A DNA stretch of 64,000 nt from IMG/VR virus record IMGVR_UViG_3300035494_000066; one strand, given 5' to 3'. The DNA is from a virus. Taxonomy: Duplodnaviria > Heunggongvirae > Uroviricota > Caudoviricetes. Position 1 is the first letter of the stretch. Each line of letters starts with the position of its first letter. Below the pieces are notes generated by a model that was not told where the DNA came from, did no database searches, and saw nothing but the letters and a program-made list of their open reading frames with translations. Shown piece by piece: positions 1-12,900 of this stretch. The translations under genes were made by a program, and so were the position numbers.

Positions 1-55
1 TGCATATTACGTAAAAGCGAATAGCGTCATTAAAAACACAACAACGGGTTAACAT

Positions 56-433
56 ATGGCAACATTTAAAGGTATGAGCACAGCGGGCTCGGTAAAAACA
101 TACTTAACTGATTATCAGTTAGTCAGACAAGACTTCTTAAATACATTAAACACTCGCCGCGGCCAGAGGTTGATGCGTCCAGAATTCGGCTGCTCAATAT
201 GGGACTATATATATGCTCCGTTTGACGAAGCAACTAAGGACGCAGTGTTTAGTGAAGTTAAACGAGTTGCAAGTCTAGATCCGCGGTTGCAACTTGTTGG
301 TATCGAAATGCAGGATATAGATGACGGGATACAGATATTTGTTGAACTTAAGTACATTGACACAGATATTATCGACAGGCTATTAATAGACTTTAATTCA
401 ACAACACCGGGTGTTCGGTACCAGACTATTTAA
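56..433 (+). CDS. Baseplate wedge subunit, gp25/GPW-like
   Basis: 125 aa; LNTRRGQRLMRPEFGCSIWDYIYAPF and DPRL match the gp25 family pattern; sits upstream of other baseplate genes. Confidence 0.85.
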   Translation: MATFKGMSTAGSVKTYLTDYQLVRQDFLNTLNTRRGQRLMRPEFGCSIWDYIYAPFDEATKDAVFSEVKRVASLDPRLQLVGIEMQDIDDGIQIFVELKYIDTDIIDRLLIDFNSTTPGVRYQTI

Positions 434-461
434 AATAGTTAAAATAGTGGTTTTAACTTAG

Positions 462-469
462 TATAAATA
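462..469 (+). promoter_or_regulatory. T4-like late promoter TATAAATA
   Basis: Exact TATAAATA 30 nt upstream of the ATG at 500; extended ATAAATATACTTAA recurs at 17258. Confidence 0.7.
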
Positions 470-499
470 TACTTAAGGATAAGAAGAGTAAAAACCACT

Positions 500-3400
500 A
501 TGGCAAAAACATCTCGTCAAACAAATTTATTTTCAGCAGAGTCATGGACTAAACTGTATCAGACTTACCGAGAAGCTGACTTTCAGAGCTACGACTTTGA
601 GACTATTCGAAAAACGATGATCGATTACCTCCGGACATATTATCCGGAGGATTTTAACGATTATATCGAAAGTTCGGAGTACATTGCGCTAATAGAACTG
701 ATTGCGTTCATCAGTCAGGCGATCAGCTTTAGATCAGATTTAAACGCCCGCGAAAACTTTTTAGAAACAGCTGAGCGCCGCGACAGTGTATTTAAATTAG
801 CTAAGATGCTTAGCTACACACCTAAGCGACACATTAATGCAAAAGGCCTATTAAAAGTAACTAGTATCCGGACATCCGAAGATGTGTTTGATAGTACCGG
901 TGAAAACTTAAGCGGATTGGATATAATCTGGAATGACAGAACTAACCCAGATTATATGGAACAGTTTGTTGCAATTCTTGACGCAGCGTTTCAGTCAACT
1001 CAAAGATTCGGAAAGCCGTTAATTAAACAGACACTATTAGGTACACGCACAGAAGTATACTCTCTTAACACGTTTACTAGTGGCTTAAATGTGCGCCCGT
1101 TTACAACAGTAATCGACGGGCAAGTAAGTCAGTTTGAAGTTGTAAACGGGACAACTGCTGGAAAAGAATACATTTACGAAACTAGTCCCGGTAGCACGTC
1201 GGGGTTTAATATATTGTACCAGAACGACGGCAAAGGTGCTGCTAGCGTTAACAGTGGATTCTTCTTTTATTTCAAGCAAGGTGTGTTAAACAGTTCCGAG
1301 TTTGTTGTCGACGAGAAACTTCCTAATCGGGTAATTAACGTTAACGTCCCTAATATCAACAACGACGATGTTTGGGTGTACTCTGTTAACACTGACGGAA
1401 CATTGGGTGACGAGTGGACGAAAGTTCCTGCAGTAGTAGGTAATAACATAGCATATAACAGTCTATCAAAAGATCAGCGCAAGCTTTTTTCGGTTAATAG
1501 TCTAGCAAATGACCAAATCCAATTGGTATTCGGTGACGGCGTGTTTTCGGATATGCCGTCGGGGTCTTATCGCTTATATTACAGAACTAGTAACGGTCTG
1601 AGTTATAAAATCAAGCCTAATAACATGCAAGGCATAGAAGTTCAGATTGGCTATCTAAGCCGAAACAATCGTCGTGAAACGCTAACTGTGACGCTAGGGC
1701 TACAGTATACAGTTAATAATGCAGCGACTCGCGAGTCGCTAGCTGACATCAAGACTAAAGCACCGCAGCAGTACTACACACAAAATCGAATGATTACCGG
1801 CGAAGACTATAATATATTTCCGTTTACTCAGTATCGGAATATTATAAAGTGTCGTGCAGTTAACAGATCGTCGAGCGGTGTTAGCCGCTATTTGGATATT
1901 AAAGATGTAACTGGAAAGTACAGTAGTACTAATATCTTTTCGACAGATGGGATATTTTATAAAGACTCAATAACTGATACATTCACATTTGAGTGGGTTA
2001 ACTTAAACGATATATCAAAAGTAGTTCGTGGTCCGGTATTACGAGCGGTTAGTACAAAAGAAATGGCTCATTTTTATTATGACGCTATCGGACGTGTTAG
2101 TATGGAATTAACACCGACTAAGTGGTACGTCTCTTCTATATCTACTAATACGTCGACTGGATATTTTACTAATATCTCAGGAGATAACATACCGCAAGGC
2201 GTTGGCAGTTATGTAGGTAACAACAGAAAATACATTAAACCGGGCACACTTATAAAGTTTAAAGCGCCGACTGGGTACTACTTTGATAAGAATAACACAA
2301 TGTCGATCGGAACACCGATATTGCCTGGCGACCGTACTGCAATATGGACGTCGGTAAAATCAGTCTTAGCAGACGGAACAAATCAAGGCCTCGGCGAGCT
2401 GCAAGACGGAACAGGCCCGGTTGTACTCAATGATAAAATTCCGCACGGCTCGATTGTTGACGAAGTAATTCCGCCATTCAATACAACAATGCTATCGATT
2501 GCCGACGACATTGTTAACAGTGTGCAGTTGTATAAAGACTTTGGAGTCCGGTTTGATGTCCAAACCCAAACATGGAAAATTATATCAGAAGAAAACTTAG
2601 ATAGTTCATTGAGCTTTTCGACTAGCCGAGCAGGTGATACTAGTGGATCAAACCAGGACAACAGTTGGTTAATTTTGTTTAAAACTGACGGAGAAGTCTA
2701 TACAGTAACGTACCGCGGCACATCATATGTGTTTGAAAGTAAGGAAGAAACTCAATTTCATTATGAAGAATCGTCACGTATATACGATAGTCGGACAGGA
2801 AAGGTAGTTAATGATGCAATTACTATATTAGGAATAAACACTATTCCAGGGCTGAGCAATCCAATTGGAGTTGACCATATGATGTTTATATCCGGTCCTA
2901 TAATCGAAGAAGATGGGTATGTTAACAGTCGACGTGTAAAACTTACTTTTCCGGATAGCGACTTCGACGGCGTAATCGACAATCCGGACATTTTCGATAG
3001 TATCGTTGGTGATGATATGTATGTATTCTTTAAGAAAACTTACAACGGGTACAATTCAGTTGAACCGGTTACTGGAAATGTTTACACAAACTACGAAACT
3101 ATATCTCAGTTGCTAGCCAATATAAACCTATTCGCACCTGGAAGTTTGTTCTATTTAACTAGCGACAACGAGTTTTATACCTTGCGGCTCAGTGGTGATA
3201 AATTAGTTGTTAATAAAGAAACTGATTATGTTGTTAAACAAGGTCGCGCAGAACTAAAATTCCATTATCGACATAATGCGCCGAACGATCGACGTATTGA
3301 CCCAAGTCCTACTAACTTAATTGACTTGTATGTATTGACGCGACAATATGAAGATAGTTACCGGCGGTATATTACTGATTCAACAGGCCGGAGTACTGAG

Positions 3401-3889
3401 CCAGCACTGCCTACTGTGCAAGAGCTTAAAAATGAATTTGCAGGCTTAGCTGATAAAAAAGCAACCAGTGATACTATTATTTTCAACCCTGCTAAATTTA
3501 AACCATTATTTGGAAGTACTGCTAGTAGTGAGTTGCGTGCATCATTTAAAGTTGTTAAGAATGAACGAGCATTGGTATCGGATTCAGAAGTGAAGAGCAA
3601 ATTAATTGATGCAATTAATGAATATTTTTCAATTACAAACTGGGACTTCGGTGATACATTTTATTTCAGCGAACTAAGTGCGTACTTGCATACTAAACTG
3701 TCGTCAATTGTTAGTAGTATTATGTTAGTACCGCTAAGCGGACAACTTCGATTTGGTAGCTTGTATGAGATCAAAAGCAGACCGGACGAAATATTCGTAA
3801 GTACAGCAACAGTTGACAACATAGAAGTAATTGACAGCATAACTGCATCTAAAATCAGAGCCATTGAAATTGATGTAAATAATGTATAA
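500..3889 (+). CDS. Baseplate wedge protein, gp6-like (large)
   Basis: 1129 aa; N-terminal DFETIRKTMIDYL...FNDYIESS...ENFLETAERRDSVFKLAKMLSYTP and QNRMITGEDY resemble gp6/baseplate J-like proteins. Confidence 0.8.
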   Translation: MAKTSRQTNLFSAESWTKLYQTYREADFQSYDFETIRKTMIDYLRTYYPEDFNDYIESSEYIALIELIAFISQAISFRSDLNARENFLETAERRDSVFKLAKMLSYTPKRHINAKGLLKVTSIRTSEDVFDSTGENLSGLDIIWNDRTNPDYMEQFVAILDAAFQSTQRFGKPLIKQTLLGTRTEVYSLNTFTSGLNVRPFTTVIDGQVSQFEVVNGTTAGKEYIYETSPGSTSGFNILYQNDGKGAASVNSGFFFYFKQGVLNSSEFVVDEKLPNRVINVNVPNINNDDVWVYSVNTDGTLGDEWTKVPAVVGNNIAYNSLSKDQRKLFSVNSLANDQIQLVFGDGVFSDMPSGSYRLYYRTSNGLSYKIKPNNMQGIEVQIGYLSRNNRRETLTVTLGLQYTVNNAATRESLADIKTKAPQQYYTQNRMITGEDYNIFPFTQYRNIIKCRAVNRSSSGVSRYLDIKDVTGKYSSTNIFSTDGIFYKDSITDTFTFEWVNLNDISKVVRGPVLRAVSTKEMAHFYYDAIGRVSMELTPTKWYVSSISTNTSTGYFTNISGDNIPQGVGSYVGNNRKYIKPGTLIKFKAPTGYYFDKNNTMSIGTPILPGDRTAIWTSVKSVLADGTNQGLGELQDGTGPVVLNDKIPHGSIVDEVIPPFNTTMLSIADDIVNSVQLYKDFGVRFDVQTQTWKIISEENLDSSLSFSTSRAGDTSGSNQDNSWLILFKTDGEVYTVTYRGTSYVFESKEETQFHYEESSRIYDSRTGKVVNDAITILGINTIPGLSNPIGVDHMMFISGPIIEEDGYVNSRRVKLTFPDSDFDGVIDNPDIFDSIVGDDMYVFFKKTYNGYNSVEPVTGNVYTNYETISQLLANINLFAPGSLFYLTSDNEFYTLRLSGDKLVVNKETDYVVKQGRAELKFHYRHNAPNDRRIDPSPTNLIDLYVLTRQYEDSYRRYITDSTGRSTEPALPTVQELKNEFAGLADKKATSDTIIFNPAKFKPLFGSTASSELRASFKVVKNERALVSDSEVKSKLIDAINEYFSITNWDFGDTFYFSELSAYLHTKLSSIVSSIMLVPLSGQLRFGSLYEIKSRPDEIFVSTATVDNIEVIDSITASKIRAIEIDVNNV

Positions 3890-3910
3890 TAAACGGAAAT
3901 AGTTATAAAG

Positions 3911-6900
3911 ATGGCATTATACAAATCAATTGGATTTCTACCAGAAGTTCATAACACAAAGTTTAATAAAAAGTTTTTAGCTGCAACTCTAGACCAATTA
4001 ATAAGTGAAAAGCGTCTACGGAAAGTTAACGGCTTAGTTGGCCGAAAGTTTGGTGCACAGTTTAATAATATCGATTCGTTTGTACAAAACAGTACAGCAG
4101 AACGCAATCAATACCAGCTTGAGCCTACAGTTGTTTTCAAAGATGCTAACAAAAATATTGTTAGTACAGTCACTTATCCCGATGTTCTTAATAAAGTTGC
4201 TGCTGCAGGCGGATTTAAAGATCGTGCTGATGCTATGTTTAGCCATCAGTCACAGACGTTTACTGGTTTAGTCGATCTAGACAAGTTTGTTAATTTTAGC
4301 CAGTATTACTGGTTACCAAACGGCCCAGACTCTGTTGATATTTTTAGCTCAGCTGTCCCGGTTACTAACACATTTCAGTTTACATATACTCCTGCAGGTT
4401 ATGTATTCGACGGGTCGTCTGAGACAAATCCGTATATAACTGTTGTACAAGGCGGTAATTACACACTGTCTGCAAATGGCCGCCGCTTGTATATACAGAC
4501 TGAACCCGGACTATCCGGGTACCGCGCAGCGTCTCCTAACGTTAGTACCCGCGATATTTTGGGTGTGACAGGTAATGGTTCACGTGAAGTGCTGTTTAAT
4601 GTACCAATTGACTCTGCACAAGACTCGTTTGTACAAATGCCATCTAAAAATGTTAACTTAGTTACGCAGTTGTCGTTCGAAGACATTAACAATAAAACAT
4701 TAACGCAGTTCGAGGACGAATTTGGCACCATCGACGGCGTTACTTTTTTAGACGGTAAGACTGTAGTATTTTTAAATCAAACGTCGGAAGAGTGGAATAT
4801 TGGCGATTTGTACGACTCTACTGTTTTTGACGCCAGCGGGTCTGCGTACGATATAACAGGGGTTGTAGGCGAAGCGTTCCGCGGCGGCATTTGGAAAATA
4901 TCAGTATCATCGACGGGTGTGCTATCGTTAACCTACCACGATGATTTTCCTGAAAACACAAAAATTATTGTAACAGAAGGGGTGTCTAACAGTAATGTAG
5001 AGTACTACAAAACTCCTGCAGGGGAAATTACTAAAGTTCCAGTGATCACAGCGCCTCTTCGAACACTGTACTACCAGGATGCAGAAAATAGCAATGTATA
5101 CGGAGAGATCCGTATTGTGCAAGAAAATTCAGTACCGTTTATAAACGTCAATGACATTATCGGGAAAAAAGAATATACTAGTCCGAATGGGGTTGTGTTT
5201 ACAACAGGCCTTAAAGTTAGGTTCGATACTGCAGTAATTCAGACTGAGTACGCAGATAAAGAGTATTACGTCGAAGGTGTTGGTAAAAGTATCAGCTTAA
5301 TACCTGTTAGTGAACTAGTTACTCCGGAAACCTGGACCGAAACGCTATCGGAAGGCTACGACACTTCTTTATACGACAGTCAACGGTTTGACGGAACGTT
5401 CAACAGTCCGGTTAATAAAGATTACATCGTAATAAACCGTGCTAGCAAAGACAGAAACCCATGGGCACGGCATAACCGCTGGTTCCACGTGGATGTTATT
5501 AATGCTACAGCACAGTATAATAATTACACACCGGTGCTAAATCAGACTAGTCGCGCTAAGCGTCCGATCATCGAATACGTCCCTAACTTACAACTAGTTA
5601 ATTTTGCATCTAGGCACATAGCAAATGTAACATTAATCGACACTGTTACAACTGACGCGTTTAGTCGAGTTGAAGGAACGCCAGGGTATTTTATCGACGG
5701 TGTGGAATTAGCACCAGGTCAGACTATTGTGTTTGCAGCTGACACTGAATATTCGGTTCGTCGACGCGTTTATCGAGTCGACTTTGTTGATGTTACTGGA
5801 ACAGGTTCAACAACAGTAAAATTAATCGATACTGGAGTACTTGCTAGTGACCTAGATGGTATTGTTGTTTCGGGCGGTATATCTAATCAAGGAAAAAGCT
5901 TTGTCTTTAAAGACCGCACTTGGGCAGAGTCTCAGTTTAAACAGTCAGCTAACACGCCAGTGATGTTCGATATTATTGATGCCGACGGTGTTTCGCTTGG
6001 TGATAACACAAGATACCCATCAACATCGTTTGCTGGAACAAGTATATTCGAGTACGCACCGGGTCGTGTTACCGACACCGAGTTAGGGTTTGGTATATCT
6101 TATAGTTCGTTTAGTAACATCGGCGACATACTGTTTAATCTAACGTTAGATACTGATACGTTTACGTATATCGACAACGGCACTGAGATAACGCAGAATA
6201 TTAACACAGGCAATGCATATTCGTATACAAGTGCGTTGCACGAAGTAACGCCTATGCATGCATGGGTCACGAATTATAAAAAAACTCCACAGTACCAGAT
6301 TCTTGAGTTTGTTTCTACTGGAGAACCTCTAGAGATTCGAGTGCCTAGGGTAGAAGAATTTGAGCTGTCCCGGTCTTTATATGTTTACATTGACAATAAA
6401 GAAACGTTTAACTACACTGCAACAAATGTAGACGAGAGTACCTACGTAGAATTTACATCTGACATTCCAGCTGGAAAGTATGTAGTTGTTAAATTTGCTA
6501 GTAATGTAAAAGATCCGAATTCGTACTACGAAATACCTGCTAACTTAGAATCGAACGGCAACAACTTGCCGGTTAGTAGTTTTACATTAGGGCAAATTAG
6601 AAATCATGTTAATTCGATTACAGAAACGCACAAGTTTTTTAATCGCGATGGTAATAGTAATCTGCGAGACCTCGGCGACTTTGCAGCTGTTGGAGGAACA
6701 ATAACTCGTCATTATGACAGCTTCTTAACAGCAGCAGCGCTATTAACTGATGACAACCTTGATGCACTTCGGAGTTTAGAATACGCTCAGCTTGAGTACT
6801 TTAAGTTTAAGAACAAATTTGTTGACTTAATTACGCGCACTGACTATACAAACATGACAGTCGAGGCGGCTGTATCAGATGCTATTAGCGTGCTGAATGA

Positions 6901-9900
6901 GTATAAAAGCGAATCCGAATTTCCGTTTTACAACTCTGATATGATCGGGTTCTCTAATAACAAGTCGTCGATCGAATATACCGTAATCGACGAGTCTCAG
7001 ACTGAGTGGGAATTAACTAGCCAGTTTAACCTCAACGAAATATCAACTCGTGCAGTTTACGTATACTATAACGGCGAACAGCTGCTGCACGGGCGTGATT
7101 ATGAATTTTCAGATAGCCGTGCTGCAATTATAACACGCATCCCGTTAAGTGCAGATTCGACGATCGTGATCAATGAGTATACGAACACAAAAGGTAGTTT
7201 CGTACCGCCAACACCGTCGAAGATGGGATTGTGGCCAGCTACTGTTCCTGAGAAGGTACTAGACACTTCGTATAGAACTCCGCAAGAAGTGATTGTAGGC
7301 CACGACGGTAGTACAATGCTAGCGTTTTCGGATATGCGCGATGACTTGATCCTTGAATTCGAAAAGCGCGTTTACAATAACATCAAAGTAAAACCGATCT
7401 TATTCGACTGGTATAAGCTAATTCCAGGAGCGTTCCGCGACACTGTATACAGTGTTGACGAGTTTAACACTGTATTAGGTGCAGAGTTCAACAAGTGGGC
7501 TAGTCGCACAAGTGTTAAAGTAACCGATGGGTCGTCGTTTAATACAAACGACCCGTATACGTGGAACTACGCCGAGTCGACATGTGCACTAGATGGTATT
7601 AGTATCAATGGTACATGGCGTTCAGTATACCGTTACTTATACGACACTGAAACACCGCATTTAACTCCATGGAAGATGCTAGGGTACTCTTCTGAACCAA
7701 ATTGGTGGGAAAGTCAATTTGGACCAGCGCCTTATACTGCGGGTAACATGGTATTGTGGGACCGACTTGCAAACGGAGAGAAATACAATCCAGTAACTGG
7801 CGAGTGGGAAGCCGATCCGCGTTTTGCCAGACCGGCACTGCAATCAATCATTCCTGTTGATGACTTTGGTCGACTGTTAAGCCCGGTTGAAGTTGTGGTC
7901 AAAACATACAATAGTTTCTCTATGGCCCGACCGCTTCAATTTGGCGATATTGGCCCAGCTGAATACTCGTGGAGACAGTCAAGTGAACTACCGTTTGCTA
8001 TGTGTGCAGTAGCAGCTCTGCTTATGCCTAGTGAGTTTTTAAGTAGTTCTATTCAGTCGAGCAACGTTAATACAATTAGAAAATTCACCGAGACACTAGT
8101 CCATAGCAACGAGAACTACGTTCCGGGCTTAATTCAGTATATTGTAGACTACAACACGTTTTTAGGTGTTAACCGAAATATTATTTCGGAAAAAATATCA
8201 AACGTTGCTGTTCAGTTAAGTCATCGCTTAGGCGGATACAGCGACTTGGCTCAGCTTAAAGTTGTTGCTACTCGAGCAACACCGGGTAGCCAGAACGACG
8301 GTGTGCTGATTCCTGATACTAATTTAGAGCTGTTCTTGCATAAAAGTCAACCGATTGGTGTTTATTCTTATAGCGCAGTAATAGTAGAGAAGACGCCGTC
8401 GGGGTATACAGTGTCGGGGTATGACACATCGGCTGCAGGCTTTGAAATAATACCTAGTGTTATAACTTCGAACAAAAGCACTATTAAAGCAGGCAACGCT
8501 ACTTCGACTGTATATAACGATTTTAACAACGTTGTAACTACGATCCCATACGGGACTGAGTTTGCAACAAGAGACCAGCTAGTTGATTTCCTAGTAAGTT
8601 ACCAACGCCGATTAAAGAGTTTAGGATTTGTATTCGATGAGGTATTAACCGACGGGCAATTGCGTGATTTTGTGCTGTCTGCTAAAGAGTTCCTTTTCTG
8701 GACAACACAACGATGGGCACCAGGAAGCATTATTGTATTAAACCCAATCGGATCTCTAATTAGATTCTCGCGCGATTTTGAAGTCGTCGACGATGTTCTT
8801 TCAACAGGCGTAGTACTCGACAACAACTTCAAACCGGTTCGTAGCTCTAGCATGCATGTCGTACGTGATGCTAATGCATTTGAATTAGAAGCAGACAACA
8901 ATATAGGATTGGTTAAATTCCGAACTGTCCAATACGAGCATATGTTAGTATTAGACAACGCTACGATATTTAAAGATGTAATTTACAAACCAGAACTAGG
9001 TAATAGACATCAATTTATTCGACTAAATGGTTACGTAACTCGCGAGTGGAACGGTACATTGTATGCCCCGGGATTTGTGTTAAGTCAAAGTACAAACAAA
9101 GAATGGCAGCCTGGTAAAAACTACGCCAAGGGCGAGTTCGTAGTTTATAAAGGTACGTTGTATGTTAGCTTGTTACATGTAGACGCGTCTGAGTCGTTTG
9201 ATTATAATGCATGGACTGTTGCAGACAAGCCTGTTACTGGGTTACTTCCGAACTGGAGTGCTAAAGCACAGCAGCCGGAGGATTTTTATAACATTGATGT
9301 TGCAAACCTAGAACAAGACGTCGATCGTTACGGTAAAGGTTTAATCGGTTATCAGAAGCGAAGTTACTTAGAACGCTTAGGTCTAGACGACGTAAGCCAG
9401 GTTAAATTTTATCAAGGGATGATCAAAGAGAAAGGAACTAACAGTAGCCTTAAGAGCTTGTTAAAAACCCAAGTTGACAACTTGACTGTCGACGTTGACC
9501 TATACGAAGAATGGGCTCTAAGAACAGGTAGCTACGGTTCAATTGACTCTGTTAAGACAACTGAGATAGTTCTTGATCCAGAAAAAGTAACAAGTACTAG
9601 GTCAATTATTGAGCTTGTTAACAACACGTCAGCAGCTCCGTATATGCAAGTTCGCGAGTCTGACTTGTGGAAAAAACCGGCTAACTTTGCTATAGAAAAC
9701 TGGCCAACTGTGCGATCGACTGAATCAGAAATGTCACTAACTGCTGCTGGATACGTTCGTCCACGAGACGTAAACAAAGCAATTGTAAACGTGTCGGACA
9801 TCAAGCGACTATCACCTCTGGTTAACGAAATGTACCCGGGTTACACAATATGGGTTGCAAAAAGTTATAAATCTGAGTGGGATGTGCTACGAGCTACTTC

Positions 9901-12900
9901 GTTAGATGTGCAAGTTGTTGCTGCGTCAGTGTCAAACAATGGGTACTTAAAACTCAAGTTTGCAAGATCAGTTAACTTAGATACTAACACGAGTTTTGCA
10001 ATTAAAAATTTCCACTCTAGAATAAACGGAGTGTATACTGTTTTAGCTAGCCCGAAACCTGACGAAGTTGTAGTTGATACAAAAGCTACAAATGTCGACT
10101 TTACTGGAGCAGGAATTGTGCTGTTGTTCGAATCTATACGAATTCGTCCAGAGTCGACATTAAGTGCAAAGCAAACGTTATCGTCATTTACTATTGGTGA
10201 AAAATTGTATGTTGATAGTAACTCAGACAGTAACTGGTCGGTGTATAACAAAACAGCGCCGTGGACTTTTAACTCAATTGCAACACTGCAAACGCCAACA
10301 GCTGATCAAATGGTTGGCCAGTCTATTGCAATACTAGAACACAACGTAGTTGCAGTTACTTCTAAGAACAACAGTGCAGTTAAACTGTTTCAAGTTGGTC
10401 CGACTGCAACAGATGAACTTTCAGAAGTCCAATTGATGTTGTCTAATATCGCCGGAGCAGCAACAGTGGTTAAGTCCTATGGTTCGACACTAGCTATCGG
10501 CTTGCCAGAGTCTGCTGCTGGCAAGGGCCTTGTTGCAATAGGTTCGCAGATTGGTGCAGACATAGCAATCCGGTATGTGCTAGCAGCGCCTGACACGTCT
10601 GCGATGTATGGTTCTGCAATTGCGTTTAGCAACACCGGCGAATGGCTTTTTGTCGGAGCGCCAGAATCCGGATCGATTTACGCATATAACTTAGTAAACG
10701 CCGAATCGCAAAGTCAGCTAGTAACAATAAATGCAACTGGTGTTTATACCTTAGACAATGCTCTAGATACCGAATCAGTAGTAGTTCAGGACAATGCTGG
10801 AGAGATTTTAACTCCGTATGTTGATTATAACATTAGTGGAAATAGCTTAACGGTTACTAAACCTTATCCAATTGGCACTGAGATTGTAGTACAAACACTA
10901 CCGAAATTTCAACTAGTTGATTCTTTAAGCAACGGACCTAGCTTTGGTAGCAGTGTATACAGTGACAGCCGCGGCGAAGTAATAATCGCAGGTGCACCGT
11001 ATTCAACTGTTGACGATAATAACGAAGCTGGGTCTGCATATGTGATTTCACGTAGTGTAGAAAACATTTACGGCGACGGTTCGACTGGCACGTTTTTATT
11101 ATCAGAAACTCCGAACACTCGGTTTAAAGTTACTATTAGTGGCGAAGATGTAACGCATACTGTAACAGTTTCGGGTAGGCAAATTACTTTCGCTAAGCCG
11201 TTAGGCTTAGGAGAAGTTGCAACAGTTGAATTAAATAACTTGTCTATTCAGCAAGAAATTAAAAACCCGGAACCTTCAGACCGCGACTGGTTTGGTTGGG
11301 CAGTTGTAATGTGCCCTACTGAATGTAGTGCGTATGTGTCGGCACCTGGTAGTGATAACGGACAGCCGAATAGTGGCATTGTGTATTCGTTGTCTAATAA
11401 GCCGCTACAAACCGGAGCAGCTATACTAAGTCCAACAAATACAGGTTCGTCGATCCGCATAAACAATTACGCAATTACGTATACTAACACCGAACAGTTC
11501 CTAAGTGACATTAACAACATCCCAGGCATTGCTGCTACTGATGTTTCTATAGACAGTACTACATTGCGTGTAGATGTTAGAAGTGCTGCTAAGCTAACTA
11601 TTACAGCACCAGCTGGAAATTCGCTAGCTGATTTTGGTATCAGTAAGCTAACTCTGAACTCGGTAATTAAACATCCAGACGAGTCGAGTAATGAAAAATT
11701 TGGCCATGCGCTTGACTTAACTAACAACGGCAAAACCTTGTTAATAGGGTCGCCGTATGCATCTACCTTTAAGGATGTAACGCTAGACGATTCAACAACT
11801 GTCCTGGATGCAAAAACTACAAGACTTCGCGATCGCGAACACAAGTCGGGCAGCGTCTATGTGTTTGAGTATGTAAGCACGAGTCCGGAATCCGGATCTT
11901 TTGTACCTGGTCAACAGCTTGTTGCTGGTACAGTGTCGCCGCTTGACGAATTTGGTTTTGCGTTAGCAGCAAAAGGAAATATGATTGTTGCGTCAGCACC
12001 GCGAGAAGATACTAGCAGTGCCCCTAACGCTGGGACTATATTAGTGTTTTCTAACAGCGATAATAAGCAGTGCTGGGACTCAGTTAGGTCACAAGAGGAC
12101 GTTGTTGACATTAGCTTAATCGACCGCTTAATGGCGTATAATAAAACAACAAATACAATTGTAACGTATATTGATGTTGTCGATCCACTGTCGGGACGTG
12201 TGTTAGGGCAAGCACAAGCTGAGCTCGATTATATAACAGAACACGACCCTGCAGTGTACACAAACGGTGATACTAACGTTAATAGTAGTTCTGCGTGGGC
12301 TGAAGAGCATGTTGGCGAATATTGGTGGGATACAAGCGCAGTTCGTTACGTTAATTATAAAATCGGTACGTTAGAAGAACGTGCTCAGTACTGGAATAAG
12401 AAGTTCCCAGGATCAGAAGTTGCAGTGTATGAGTGGATCCGCAGTAAACTGCCGCCAGCTGAATTTATCGAAAGCAACCCAGGTGCTGCACTTAAGTATT
12501 CGGCTGATACATACACAACGTTAACACGTTACAGCGAAACAGACAAGACTATTGGTACATATTACTACTTCTGGGTTCGCGGCTTAGAGAAAGTTGCAGA
12601 ATCTAAGAAGTTAAGTGCGTCAACAGTTGAACAGTATATCGACCAACCTGATTCAACAGGTATACCGTATGCAATGTTCTTGTCTAGTAGTGCTATAGCA
12701 CTTGGCAATATGCAAAACTTAGTGTCAGGCCGCGACACTGTGCTTAGTGTTTCGTTCAACGGTGCAGACGATAACAAGTTATGGCATAACGAATACCAGT
12801 TAATTAAGCAAGGAAGCAACAGTTCGACTATAACCGATCGCATGTATCTTAAGCTTAAGGATAGTTTAGCAGGCGCAACATTTACAGGAATGTCAGTGCC